64,000 nt of DNA from Actinomycetota bacterium (GCA_046735375.1 JBKPTD010000001.1:884-64883); one strand, 5' to 3'. Shown: positions 1-10,100, counted from the stretch's first letter. Translations and numbers: made by a program. The notes: a model not told the origin generated them from the letters alone.

Positions 1-216
1 CTCCCCACCTGACGAGATACCAGCGCTCCCTAACCAACTACGCTCGGTTGCTCGCAGAACGCTCGACTTGAGGCCATCTCGCCAGTGAGCGGAAGCCCCT
101 GAGAAACCCTCTGGCGACGATGTGCCAGGGTCCGTATCGGCTCCCGCGTGGGGTTAGAGTGACGCCGACGACCTTCCGGATGCGATGTCTCCCGTGCCCT
201 TTGGGGGCGAGCGACC

Positions 217-702
217 ATGGCAGTACGGGCTGCGGCCAAGAACGCTGCGCGACAGCGGTGGCGGTGGCGCTACAGCCGGGTGGCCAGACGGGTTGGCTCG
301 GTCCTTGGTGGACGGGTCGAACGCCGGATCGAACGACATCTGCTCGAGCTCGCCTGGCTGCACGCCAAGCCCGAGATGCTGCAGGTAGACCTCGTCGGCG
401 CGAACCTCGCCGGTGCGGACCTGCAAGGCGCGAACCTCGCCGACGCACAGCTGCAAGACGCGAACCTCGAGGACGCGCAGCTGGAAGATGCGACGCTCAT
501 CAACGCGCAGCTGCAACGCGCGATCCTCACCGACGCGCGACTGGAGCGCGCGAACCTCAGTGGCGCGCAGCTGCAGGACGCGGAGGTAAATGAGGGGACG
601 CGCTGGCCGAAGGGATGGGATCACACTCGCATCGCTGAGGCCGGAGTCCAGTTTGAGGCCGAGCGGGAGGACGATGCCGGCCCGACAGGTCAAGCACTGT
701 AG
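217..702 (+). CDS. pentapeptide-repeat protein
   Basis: Tandem A(D/N)LxxAxL pentapeptide repeats (ANLAGADLQGANLADAQLQDANLEDAQLEDATL...). The true start is uncertain and may be internal (MLQVDL...). Confidence 0.6.
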   Translation: MAVRAAAKNAARQRWRWRYSRVARRVGSVLGGRVERRIERHLLELAWLHAKPEMLQVDLVGANLAGADLQGANLADAQLQDANLEDAQLEDATLINAQLQRAILTDARLERANLSGAQLQDAEVNEGTRWPKGWDHTRIAEAGVQFEAEREDDAGPTGQAL

Positions 703-772
703 CCCCGACCGGATTCGAACCGGCGCTACCGCCTTGAGAGGGCGGCGTGCTAGGCCACTACACAACGGGGCC
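700..772 (-). tRNA. tRNA-Glu (anticodon CUC)
   Basis: The minus-strand sequence GGCCCCGTTGTGTAGTGGCCTAGCACGCCGCCCTCTCAAGGCGGTAGCGCCGGTTCGAATCCGGTCGGGGCT folds as a cloverleaf. It has a CCGCC/GGCGG anticodon stem with loop CTCTCAA and a GGTTCGAATCC T-loop. CCA is not encoded. Ends are +/-2 nt. Confidence 0.75.
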
Positions 773-825
773 ATGTGGCTTTCACCACAAATCGGAACCC
801 AGCCTGAACTGGGCTCCGACTGGAG

Positions 826-897
826 CTGGGGTACCAGGACTCGAACCTAGACTAACGGAGCCAGAATCCGTCGGGCTGCCAATTACCCCATACCCCA
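826..897 (-). tRNA. tRNA-Gln (anticodon CUG)
   Basis: The minus-strand sequence TGGGGTATGG...CGGATTCTGGCTCCG...GGTTCGAGTCCTGGTACCCCAG has the U1:A72 pair typical of bacterial tRNA-Gln. Anticodon loop is TTCTGGC and T-loop is GGTTCGAGTCC. It lies between gltX and tRNA-Glu, as in mycobacteria. Confidence 0.75.
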
Positions 898-1067
898 TCG
901 GTTCCTCGCCGCCCCCCCGCGCGCCAGAGCGAATGCACTGCGTAGTCATGGGATGGCGGCGACGAACCGACGACGAGGATACCCGACGCGCGGTCGCGCC
1001 TTCAAACGGATCTACCTCGCTCAGGCACTGCCAAAACATGATCAGAGACGTCGTCAGGTTAGGAGCG

Positions 1068-2579
1068 CTAAGCCGTATTCCGAGCACGCTCGAGGCGTGA
1101 CAGAGTGCGGTCGCGACCGAGCAGTTCGAGGGATTCGAACAGCGGCGGAGATACCCGCCGACCGGTCACCGCGACCCGTACCGGACCGAACGCGAGCTTG
1201 GGCTTGAGGCCGAGGTCGTCGACGAGCGTTCCCCGCAACGCCGCCTCGATCTCGGCGGTTCTCCACTCGGAGACGCCCGACAGTGCATCGCTCGCGGCCG
1301 CCAGGACGGGCCGGGTCTCCTCGGTGAGCAGCCGAGCGGCCGCCTCCTGGTCAACGGTGAAGTGTGCGTCGTCGACAAAGAGGAACCCGACCATGTCAGC
1401 AGCCTCGGTGAGATGGGCGACCCGCTCCTGGATCAGGGGCGCAACCCCATGGACCATCCGGCGCTCTTCATCCGTCGGTACCCGTGACACCAGACCCGCG
1501 TGCTGCAGGAACGGGACAAGGCGCGCTTCGAAGTCAGCCGGAGCCAGAGCCCGGATCCAGTCGCCGTTGATGGCGTCGAGCTTCCGCACGTCAAACCGAG
1601 CCGGGCTGGCGTTAACCCGAGCCAAGTCGAACTCCCGCGCCATCTCCGCTAGCGAGAAGAACTCCCGGTCGTCGCCCGGCGACCACCCCAGCAGAGCGAG
1701 GTAGTTACACATCGCTTCCGGCAGGTAGCCCTTGTTCCTGAATGCGCCGATCGTCGTCGCACCATGTCGCTTGGACAGCTTCGTGTTGTCCGGCCCCATG
1801 ACGAAGGGCAAATGCGCGAAGCGGGGGAGGTCCGCCTCCGCCACACCCATGGCGCGATAGACCGCGACTTGCCGGGGCGTCGACGAGAGCAGATCCTCGC
1901 CCCGTACGACATGGGTGATCTCCATGAGTACGTCGTCCACGGCGACGGCAAGCGTGTACAGCGGGGAGCCATCGGCGCGGGCGAGGACGAAGTCGGGAAC
2001 GTACTCGTGCTCGAAGGTCACCTCGCCGCGGACCAGGTCGACGAAGGTCGTCTTGCCTGGCGGCATGCGAAACCGGAGCACCGGCTTGCGGCCCTCTGCC
2101 TCGTACGCCGCTATCTGTTCGGGACTCAGGCTCCGGCAGCGGCCGTCATAACCAGGGGGCCGACCCTCTGCGCGGGCCTTCTCGCGGCGCTCCTCGAGCT
2201 CCTCCGGAGTGCAGTAGCAGTAGTAGGCGTAGCCCTCGTCGAGGAAGCGCCGGCTCCACTCACGGTAGATGTCCATTCGCTGGCTCTGCAGGTAGGGCCC
2301 GAATCCGCCGCCCACCTCAGGTCCTTCGTCCCAGTCGAGCCCAAGCCAGCGCATCGACTCGATCGCGGCATGGATGTACTCGTCGGTGACACGGGACTTG
2401 TCGGTGTCCTCGATGCGGAAGACAAAGCTGCCGCCGGTACGGCGGGCATATGCCCAGCAGTAGATGGCCGTGCGAATGTTGCCGACATGCAGGTCTCCGC
2501 TGGGCGAGGGCGCGAACCTGACTCTCGTCTCGGCCACGTCAGCGGCCAGCGAAGCCTCGGCCAACGGTCGATCAGTCAC
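1068..2579 (-). CDS. gltX: glutamyl-tRNA synthetase
   Basis: Class I aaRS HIGH region (PSPSGDLHVGN) and KMSKS-like motif (KLSKRHG). Length is 503 aa. tRNA-Gln and tRNA-Glu lie immediately downstream. Confidence 0.9.
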   Translation of the reverse strand: MTDRPLAEASLAADVAETRVRFAPSPSGDLHVGNIRTAIYCWAYARRTGGSFVFRIEDTDKSRVTDEYIHAAIESMRWLGLDWDEGPEVGGGFGPYLQSQRMDIYREWSRRFLDEGYAYYCYCTPEELEERREKARAEGRPPGYDGRCRSLSPEQIAAYEAEGRKPVLRFRMPPGKTTFVDLVRGEVTFEHEYVPDFVLARADGSPLYTLAVAVDDVLMEITHVVRGEDLLSSTPRQVAVYRAMGVAEADLPRFAHLPFVMGPDNTKLSKRHGATTIGAFRNKGYLPEAMCNYLALLGWSPGDDREFFSLAEMAREFDLARVNASPARFDVRKLDAINGDWIRALAPADFEARLVPFLQHAGLVSRVPTDEERRMVHGVAPLIQERVAHLTEAADMVGFLFVDDAHFTVDQEAAARLLTEETRPVLAAASDALSGVSEWRTAEIEAALRGTLVDDLGLKPKLAFGPVRVAVTGRRVSPPLFESLELLGRDRTLSRLERARNTA

Positions 2580-3354
2580 GAGAAACCACCCGGTTGTCCA
2601 ATGTCCCGATTCCCTCGACTGTCACCTCGACCCGATCCCCGGCAACGATCGGACCGACGCCCGCCGGAGTACCGGTGAGGATGACATCGCCAGGAAGCAG
2701 TGTGAAGGCCGCGGAGATGTACGCGACCAGCGTGGGGATGTCGAAGATCAGTTTTGACGTCCGAACGTCCTGCTTGACCTCATCGTTCACGGCCGTACGC
2801 AGCGCCAGGTCCGCGGAATCGAGTTCGGTCTCCAGCCAAGGGCCGAGCGGGCAGAAAGTGTCGAAGCCCTTCGCCCGCGCCCACTGATCGTCGCTACGTT
2901 GAAGATCACGCGCTGTCACGTCATTCCCGACGGTGTACGCGAAGATGACGTCGGCCGCCCGCTCGCGGGGGACATCGCGGCACAACTTGCCGATCACGAC
3001 CGCTAGCTCGCCCTCGAAATGGACCTCGTGGGACTGGCGCGGAAGGACGATCGCATCGCCTGGACCTATCACTGCCGTGTTCGGCTTGAGGAACAGCAGT
3101 GGCTCCTCCGGGATGACCTGACCGAACTCCGCGGCGTGGTCGGCATAGTTTCGGCCCACCCCGACGATCTTGCTGCGCGGGATGACGGGGGCGAGCAGGC
3201 GTACATCGGCCAAGGGCAGCCGCTCGCCGGTGAACTGCACCGGCCGGTAGAGCGGGTCGCCGGCCACCACCGCCACCAACTCGTCGTCGGGTGGGCCTTC
3301 CACCACGCCGTACCTGGGCTCCCCGCCCTCCGTGGTGAACCTCGCGATCCGCAC
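2572..3354 (-). CDS. fumarylacetoacetate hydrolase (FAH) family protein
   Basis: 260 aa with FAH-fold motifs (…IVGVGRNYADHAAE…GELAVVIGK…). It is positionally equivalent to the FAH-family gene next to gltX in mycobacteria. Confidence 0.8.
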   Translation of the reverse strand: MRIARFTTEGGEPRYGVVEGPPDDELVAVVAGDPLYRPVQFTGERLPLADVRLLAPVIPRSKIVGVGRNYADHAAEFGQVIPEEPLLFLKPNTAVIGPGDAIVLPRQSHEVHFEGELAVVIGKLCRDVPRERAADVIFAYTVGNDVTARDLQRSDDQWARAKGFDTFCPLGPWLETELDSADLALRTAVNDEVKQDVRTSKLIFDIPTLVAYISAAFTLLPGDVILTGTPAGVGPIVAGDRVEVTVEGIGTLDNRVVSRD

Positions 3355-3363
3355 CCGCCAACC

Positions 3364-5031
3364 CTAGTGTCCCGTGTCCGAGGGGCCGGGCACCTCCGTC
3401 ACACCGGCCCGGATGAGGCCAAAGGTGACGGCGTCGTCCAGCGCCTGCCACGACGCCTCGATCACGTTCTCGTGGACCCCAACGGTGGACCAGGTGTCCA
3501 TCCCGTCGCTCGTCTCCACGAGGACCCGCGTCACGGCCCCGGTGCCGTGTGCGCCCTCCAGGATGCGCACCTTGAAGTCGACGAGCTCCAGGCCGGCGAG
3601 TTGCGGGTAGATCCGCTCGAGCGCCTGCCGGAGCGCTGTGTCCAGCGCGTGCACTGGCCCGTTCCCCTCACCGGTAGCGACGATCCGCTCCCCCTTCGCG
3701 ATCAGCTTGACCGTCGCCTCGCTCACCGCGGTGTGCGGTGCGTCCGGACCGACCCCCGGGCGGTTCTCCACGATCACTCGGTACGACTCGACCTCATAGA
3801 AGCGCGGCCGCGACCCGTCGACCTCCTCGCCGAGCAGCAAAGCGAATGATGCATCGGCCGCTTCGAAGGTGTAGCCGGCCGCCTCCAGCGCCTTCACCCG
3901 CTCAGTGATTCGGGTCAGCGTGGTCCGATCGCCGGCCAGCTCATAGCCGAGCTCTCGGCCCTTCAGCTCGATGGACGCCCGCCCTGCCATGTCGGAGACG
4001 AGCATGCGCATGTCGTTCCCGACTGAACCGGGCTCGATGTGCTGGTAGAGGCTGGGATCCACCTTCACGGCGCTGGCGTGCAAGCCAGCCTTGTGCGCGA
4101 ATGCGGACAGGCCGACGTAGGGCTGGTGCTGGTTCGGGGCGACGTTCGTGACCTCCGCCACTGCATGAGCGACCCGGGCCATCTCGCCGAGCGCACCAGG
4201 CGGGAGGACCTGGCGGCCCTTCTTAAGCTCCAGGTTGGCCACAACGGAGAAGAGATTGGCATTGCCGCACCGCTCCCCATAGCCGTTGGCCGTGCCCTGG
4301 ACATGGGTGACCCCAGCGTCGACGGCGGCGAGCGAGTTAGCGACCGCGCAGGCGGTGTCGTCGTGGCAGTGGATTCCCAGCCGGCCCGAGGTGCGAGCGA
4401 GGACATCGTCGACGACCTCGGCGAGCGCTCCCGGCAGCATCCCGCCGTTGGTGTCGCAGAGCACGACAACGTCCGCGCCTGCTTCGGCGGCAAGGCGAAC
4501 GACCTCCAGCGCATATGCCGGATCGGCCTGATACCCGTCGAAGAAGTGCTCGGCATCGAGGAAGACCCGCCGCCCTTCCGCGCGGAGGTGTTCGATCGTG
4601 TCCCTGATCATGGCGAGGTTCTCTGCAGGCGTCGTCCGCAGCGCCAACTCAACGTGGCGGATGTGGGTCTTGGCCACCAGCGTCACGATCGGCGCCCGAG
4701 AGTCGCGCAGCGCGCCGACGAGCGGATCGTCGGCGGCTTTGATCCCGGGCCGACGGGTCGCTCCGAAGGCCGCGAGCGTGGCCTGCCGGAGATCCAGGTC
4801 CGTCTGGGCCCGGCGGAAGAATTCGGTGTCCTTCGGACTCGCGCCTGGCCAGCCACCCTCGATGAAGCCGACGCCGAGCTCATCCAGGTGCCGCGCGATG
4901 GTCAGCTTGTCCGCGACGGACAGGGACAGACCCTCTTGCTGGGCGCCGTCGCGCAGCGTGGTGTCGTACACATGAAACGCATCGTCGGGCACCGTGCGCT
5001 GGCGGACTGCTGCATGCTCCTCGTCACCCAT
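3364..5031 (-). CDS. 2-isopropylmalate/citramalate synthase family protein (CimA/LeuA-like, with LeuA-dimer C-terminal domain)
   Basis: N-terminal DRE-TIM barrel motifs (YDTTLRDGAQQEG, HCHDDTACAVANS). The C-terminus has a LeuA dimerisation/regulatory domain. The ORF-track start at 5145 was rejected. The ATG at 5031 (MGDEEH) gives about 555 aa, typical of actinobacterial citramalate synthase annotations. Confidence 0.85.
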   Translation of the reverse strand: MGDEEHAAVRQRTVPDDAFHVYDTTLRDGAQQEGLSLSVADKLTIARHLDELGVGFIEGGWPGASPKDTEFFRRAQTDLDLRQATLAAFGATRRPGIKAADDPLVGALRDSRAPIVTLVAKTHIRHVELALRTTPAENLAMIRDTIEHLRAEGRRVFLDAEHFFDGYQADPAYALEVVRLAAEAGADVVVLCDTNGGMLPGALAEVVDDVLARTSGRLGIHCHDDTACAVANSLAAVDAGVTHVQGTANGYGERCGNANLFSVVANLELKKGRQVLPPGALGEMARVAHAVAEVTNVAPNQHQPYVGLSAFAHKAGLHASAVKVDPSLYQHIEPGSVGNDMRMLVSDMAGRASIELKGRELGYELAGDRTTLTRITERVKALEAAGYTFEAADASFALLLGEEVDGSRPRFYEVESYRVIVENRPGVGPDAPHTAVSEATVKLIAKGERIVATGEGNGPVHALDTALRQALERIYPQLAGLELVDFKVRILEGAHGTGAVTRVLVETSDGMDTWSTVGVHENVIEASWQALDDAVTFGLIRAGVTEVPGPSDTGH

Positions 5032-5073
5032 CGCGGATCCTCGCCTCCTGCTCCGTTTGTGCCTCACCCAACG

Positions 5074-5105
5074 AAAAAGACCCCTCGCGGATGCGAAGGG
5101 TCTGC
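5074..5105 (-). terminator. intrinsic terminator/attenuator hairpin in the 5' leader of the cimA/leuA-like gene
   Basis: Minus strand AGACCCTTCGC-ATCC-GCGAGGGGTCT followed by TTTTT. It is an 11-bp stem with one mismatch, 43 nt upstream of the ATG and 18 nt downstream of the leader-peptide stop. Confidence 0.6.
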
Positions 5106-5122
5106 GCGCCATCCGTCGTGCT

Positions 5123-5167
5123 CTAGGTGCCGGCGCGCCTGCCAATAATGATCATGTACATAGACAT
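5123..5167 (-). CDS. Ile-rich leader peptide (MSMYMIIIGRRAGT) of an attenuator
   Basis: 14-codon ORF with SD GGGAGG 9 nt upstream. It has three consecutive isoleucine codons (ATC ATT ATT), which are rare in this GC-rich genome. A terminator follows directly. Confidence 0.6.
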   Translation of the reverse strand: MSMYMIIIGRRAGT

Positions 5168-5170
5168 CGC

Positions 5171-5282
5171 TGTCAGCCTCCCATAACACCCGGGAGATGG
5201 ACAGCTCGTCTCAGGATGTGAGTGCGCGGTACCGGTAGTCCGCTGACATGGCGTGTCAGCGTGGTGTGAGCCGGGTGTCAGC
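5171..5282 (+). promoter_or_regulatory. TGTCAGC heptamer cluster with 7-5-7 palindrome GCTGACA-TGGCG-TGTCAGC in the divergent promoter region
   Basis: TGTCAGC occurs at 5171, 5254 and 5276. The last two are 22 bp apart. An inverted copy at 5242 forms a perfect palindrome with 5254-5260. The cluster ends 43 nt upstream of the ABC ATPase start. Confidence 0.35.
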
Positions 5283-5324
5283 GGCGGTCGGCACCTTGGG
5301 TGGCGTACGAAGGGAGTCGTTTCG

Positions 5325-6332
5325 ATGACGTACGCCATCGAGGCGAGCGGCCTGGTCAAACGGTTCGGTCGAACGACCGCGCTGGCCGGCGTCGACCTCG
5401 CCGCACAGCCGGGCACCGTCCTCGGCGTCCTCGGCCCTAACGGCGCAGGCAAGACGACGGCGGTTCGCATCCTGGCCACTTTGATCAAGCCGGATGAGGG
5501 ACGTGCGACCGTCGGTGGTTTCGACGTCGCCAGTGACGCGGCGGAGGTCCGATCCCTGATCGGGCTTACCGGCCAATTCGCCGCCGTCGACGAAGATCTG
5601 ACCGGGACGGAGAACCTCGTTCTCATCGGACGGCTGCTCGATCTTTCTCGCCGTGATGCCAAGCGCCGGGCCACTGAGCTACTGGATCGCTTCGAGCTTT
5701 CCGACGCAGCGAAGAGGCTCGCCAGGACGTATTCCGGCGGCATGCGGCGCAGGCTCGACCTCGCAGCCAGCTTGGTGGGAAATCCCTCGGTGATCTACCT
5801 CGACGAGCCGACAACCGGGCTGGACCCGCGAGCCCGTGCCAGTGTCTGGGATGTCATCCGCGGGCTGACCGCCGACGGCGTGACGGTGCTGCTCACCACG
5901 CAGTACCTGGAAGAGGCCGATCAGCTCGCCGACGAGATCGCCGTCTTCGACCATGGCCGCGTCGTGGCCACCGGTACAGCGAACCAACTCAAGGCCAAGG
6001 TCGGGGGGCAAACGCTGGTGGTCAGACCACGGGACGAGATCGATCTGGACCTGGTGGAGCGGATGGTCGCCGAACTGACCCGACGTGACCCGATCCGAGA
6101 CGCCGAGCGCCGGGAACTCACGGCTGACGTCACCGACCCGGCCGTTCTGGCCGCTCTGGTCCAGCGGCTCGACGCCTTCCAGATTCCGGTGACCGAGGTC
6201 GGCCTGCGACCGCCCAGCCTGGACGACGTCTTCTTCGCCTTGACCGGCCACGCAGCGGTGACGGAGGAAGCCCCCACCGCGGCCGCAGAAACAGTAGAGA
6301 GTGCGAGTGCAGCGAACGGGAGCATCAGATGA
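5325..6332 (+). CDS. ABC transporter ATP-binding protein (DrrA-like)
   Basis: Walker A (GPNGAGKTT), ABC signature (YSGGMRRR) and Walker B (IYLDEPTTGLD). RBS GAAGGGAG precedes the ATG at 5325. The stop overlaps the next gene as ATGA. Confidence 0.85.
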   Translation: MTYAIEASGLVKRFGRTTALAGVDLAAQPGTVLGVLGPNGAGKTTAVRILATLIKPDEGRATVGGFDVASDAAEVRSLIGLTGQFAAVDEDLTGTENLVLIGRLLDLSRRDAKRRATELLDRFELSDAAKRLARTYSGGMRRRLDLAASLVGNPSVIYLDEPTTGLDPRARASVWDVIRGLTADGVTVLLTTQYLEEADQLADEIAVFDHGRVVATGTANQLKAKVGGQTLVVRPRDEIDLDLVERMVAELTRRDPIRDAERRELTADVTDPAVLAALVQRLDAFQIPVTEVGLRPPSLDDVFFALTGHAAVTEEAPTAAAETVESASAANGSIR

Positions 6333-7153
6333 CCGCGATGACAACCGCCGAGCGTTCATTGACGCCACTGGTCGCACCGGGCGTGCGCAACCGGCTGCCC
6401 TCCACGGCCCGCCATGGTCTGACGCTCGCGTGGCGAGCGCTGCTGAAGACGCGGCACAACCTCGAGTCGCTGCTTGATCTGGTACTTCAGCCGATCGTCT
6501 TCGTGGTGATGTTCGTGTTCCTCTTCGGAGGCGCGGTCAGCGGCGACTGGCGCAGCTACCTGCAGTTCGTGCTGCCGGGTATCGCCGTCCAGACCGCGAT
6601 CTTCGGGTCGATGGGCACCGGGCTGACATTGAACACCGATATCACCAAGGGGGTGTTCGACCGTTTCAAGAGCATGCCGATGTCGCGGTCTGCGCCCCTG
6701 GTCGGCGGTGTGCTCGGCGACATCCTTCGCTATGTGATCGGGGTCGGGATTGTCCTCGGGTTCGGCATCGCGCTCGGCTTCCGTGTGCAGACCGGGGTTC
6801 TGGGTGTGGTTGGCGCTTTCGCGTTGATGCTCGTCTTCGCGCTGGCGATGTGCTGGGTCGCCGTTCTCCTCGGCGTGCTCGCCAAGAGCCCCCAAAGCAT
6901 GCAGGCACTCGCCTTCATCTTCCTATTCCCGCTGACCTTCGGCAGCAACATCCTCGCGCCGGCCCAGACGATGCCGGGCTGGCTGCAGGCCTGGGTCAAC
7001 ATCAATCCGGTGTCCAAGCTGACCGAGGCCGTCCGCGGGCTCCTCGTCAGTGGTCCCGTTGCTGGGCCGACCGTGGCAACACTGCTGTGGGCTGCCCTGA
7101 TCGTGGCGATCTTCCTGCCCATCTCCACACTGGTCTACCGCAGGCGTATCTAA
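6329..7153 (+). CDS. ABC-2 type transporter permease (DrrB-like)
   Basis: 274-aa polytopic membrane protein with six predicted TM segments. It is translationally coupled to the ATPase. Confidence 0.8.
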   Translation: MTAMTTAERSLTPLVAPGVRNRLPSTARHGLTLAWRALLKTRHNLESLLDLVLQPIVFVVMFVFLFGGAVSGDWRSYLQFVLPGIAVQTAIFGSMGTGLTLNTDITKGVFDRFKSMPMSRSAPLVGGVLGDILRYVIGVGIVLGFGIALGFRVQTGVLGVVGAFALMLVFALAMCWVAVLLGVLAKSPQSMQALAFIFLFPLTFGSNILAPAQTMPGWLQAWVNINPVSKLTEAVRGLLVSGPVAGPTVATLLWAALIVAIFLPISTLVYRRRI

Positions 7154-10100
7154 GGGTTCGTGACCCGCTTCTCAGGGAACGGTCCGTGCTCGCGAATCAG
7201 GCTTGCGATCGCCTCCCGTGACATGGCGCGCCCCTCGTCGTACGCCGCTGCGTAGGAGTCTTCGCCCACAGCGTCCCTGGCCTGCTCGATAGTTCGCACC
7301 GTCGCCGGGTTGCCCAGGTCGGGCATCCCGCGGACAGCTGCCGCCATGCCGAGCAGCCGAGCAGCGTCAGTCCACCGGTTTCTCGCCGCCGCAGCGGTGG
7401 CGGCCGCATCCAATGCGCCACCGGTTACGGGCATGTCCCTTGTCTCGACTCCAATCAGCGCTGCCTCGGCGACCCGCTGCTCCGCGGTTGCGTATTCACC
7501 CTCGGAGATGTCGACGCAGGCAGCGGCCGTGAGGACCATGCCGCGTATCTGCCGGGGGAAGCTCTGTACCACGTCGCAGAGGGCGAGCGCCTTGTCCAGG
7601 CGGGCGCGCGCGTCTGCCAGATCGCCGCGCAGCCAGGAAATGCCAGCCACTGCCGTCTGGATGAACACCTCGGTGTCCGTCGCACCCGCCGCCGTGTCGA
7701 CATGGCCGGCCGCATCGAGCGAGCCTTCTCGCCGGCGTGCGCGCATCGCGCTGTCGATGTCAGCCTGCGCGCCCGCCATGTCGCCCGTGCGTGCCCGCAA
7801 CACGGCGAGCTGGATGAATTCCTTGACGATGTCGTCTCGCGCACCGACTTCGGTCGCCAACCCCAAGGCGATTTCGCGGGCATCGATGGCGCCGGCCGCG
7901 TCACCGCGAGTGGCGCGCAACTCAGCAATCGCGCTCGTCGCATTGGCCAGGCCCCACCGCTCGCCGAGTGCTTGGAACTCGACGAGGGAGGCGGCCAGTT
8001 CTTCCTCGCCACCGATCGCGTCGCCGTCGTTCAGCTTGAGCCAGCCGCGCAGCAGCCTGCCGATCGCCCGTACCCACGGATCCGGACTCTTGGCGACCTG
8101 GTCGAGGCCGCGGTGTGCCTCCTCGTAATCTCCGTCGAACATCGGGAAGAGCGGCTCGGAGAGCATGGTCGCCAGCCGCCGCTGCGCCGGCGGGATGTCC
8201 TTGACGAGCTCGCGGGTCTCCTGGGCGGCCGCGCGCCCCGCCCCGAAGTCGTCGGCCGAGCCATAGCCGAGGGCGAGAAGCGCGGTGGCTTCGGCACGGT
8301 CGACGGCCGGGACGTCACCCGGAACCTCCAGCGCCTCCTTGATCCACGTCAGCGCCACTTCCGGTGCGCGCATCAGCCAGCCCCAGCCGAGCGCTGTGAC
8401 GAGCCGGACGGCGGTCCGCGCGTCTGCTGAGTCGGTCGCCCAGCGGAGAGCGGCAAGGAAGTTGTCCTCCTCGGTGCGCAGCCTGGCCAGCCAGTGGAGC
8501 TGGCCGGCTCTGCGCAGCTCAGGCTCCAGCCTCTCCGCCAGCGCGACGAAGTACGCCGCGTGCGCCCGGCGGAATCGCTCGGCTTCACCTGACTCGGCGA
8601 GCCGATCAGCGGCAAAGGCGCGGATCGTCTCCAGCATGCGATAGCGGGTTGCCAGCTCCCCCGCGAGCAGAACCAACGACTTGTCGACGAGGGAGCCAAC
8701 ATGCTCGACCACGTCCTCGGGTCGCACGTCGTCCCCGGCGCAGATCTCCTCGACCGCCTCGAGGTCGGCTCCGCCCGCAAAGACAGCCAGCCGTCGGGCG
8801 ACGGCCCGCTCCGCCTCGCTGAGCAGATCCCAGCTCCACTCCACCACCGCCGCCAGCGTCCGATGCCGAGGCAGCGCGGTACGGCTGCCTCCGGTCAGCA
8901 GCCGGAAGCGGCCTCCAAGCCGATCAGCGATCTCTCCGATCGAAAGCGACCGGAGCCGTGCGGCGGCTAGCTCGATCGCGAGTGGCAGGCCGTCAAGCCG
9001 CCTGCATACCTCGACAACGGCGTCGGCCGATTCGGCGGTCAACGAGAATTCAGGCCGTGCGGCCGCTGCACGATCGAGAAACAGCCGTACCGCCGGATAC
9101 GTACTCGCTTCTTCGGCATTCGCGCCAGCCGGTGGCAGCGCCAGCGGAGCAACGGGGAAGAGGTTCTCGCCCACGATGCCGAGCGGTTCCCGACTGGTCG
9201 CGATGATCCGCAGGTCGGAGCCGAGGGCCAGCAGCTGCTCGGCAAGCCGCGCTGACGGCTCGATGAGGTGCTCACAGTTGTCGAACAGCAGGAGCATCTT
9301 GCGGCCGGCGACCGCAGCGACGAGCCGCTGCATTGTGCCCTGCCGGACTGCTGGGCTGACCGATCGCTGCGTCTCGAGGACGCGGACCTCCCCCATGCCG
9401 GCGACGTCGAGGACCGCCTGCGGGACCTCCAGCGGGTCGGTGACCGGGGCCAGCTCCACCATCCACACGCCGTCTGGTGTGCTCTGCACGAGACGCTGGG
9501 CCGCCTCCTCCGCGAGGCGCGTCTTGCCCGACCCTCCGGGCCCGACCAGGGTGACCAGCCGAGAGTCCGCGATCAGCTTGCCCAGCCTGGCGACCTCTTC
9601 CGTGCGACCGACGAAGCTGGTGAGCTGCGCACGCAGGTTGGTTTGTGGCGGCTCGCTCGCGGCTGACGGAGCAGCCGGGAGGAGCCGGGGATCCTGCCTG
9701 AGTACGGCGAGATGGACCTGCTCGAGATCCGGTGAAGGGTCGATGCCCAGATCGTCGGCGAGTCTGCGACGCAGCCGGTCGTACGCTGCCAGCGCATCGG
9801 CCTGCCGCCCACTGCCGTACAGCGCTCGTATCAGCTGGCTGGACAGCCTCTCGCGGAGAGGGTTCTCGGCAGTGAGTGCATCCAGCTCAGCAACCAGCTC
9901 CGCGTGCCTGCCGAGTCGAAGATCCGTCTCGATCCGGTCTTCGAGTACGGCAAGGCGAAGCTCCGCGAGCCGTGCGGCGGGAACTGCGGCGAACGGCACG
10001 TCCACGAGGTCGGCCAGCGGCGCTCCGCGCCAGAGGCTGAGCGCCTCATGCAGCAGTCCTGATGCGGTGGCCGACTCCCCTGCCGCGAAGGCGGCACGAC

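Noticed and set aside
700-897. Encoded 3' CCA on the two tRNAs
   Set aside because: Sequence after the discriminator base is A/CTCCA-like, not CCA. CCA is presumably added post-transcriptionally, so the tRNA ends were set at the discriminator.
5032-5145. N-terminal 38-aa extension (MAGAPAPRARRMARRPFASARG…) on the cimA/leuA-like ORF
   Set aside because: It is Arg-rich with no homology, and it would run through the attenuator terminator. The true start is the ATG at 5031.
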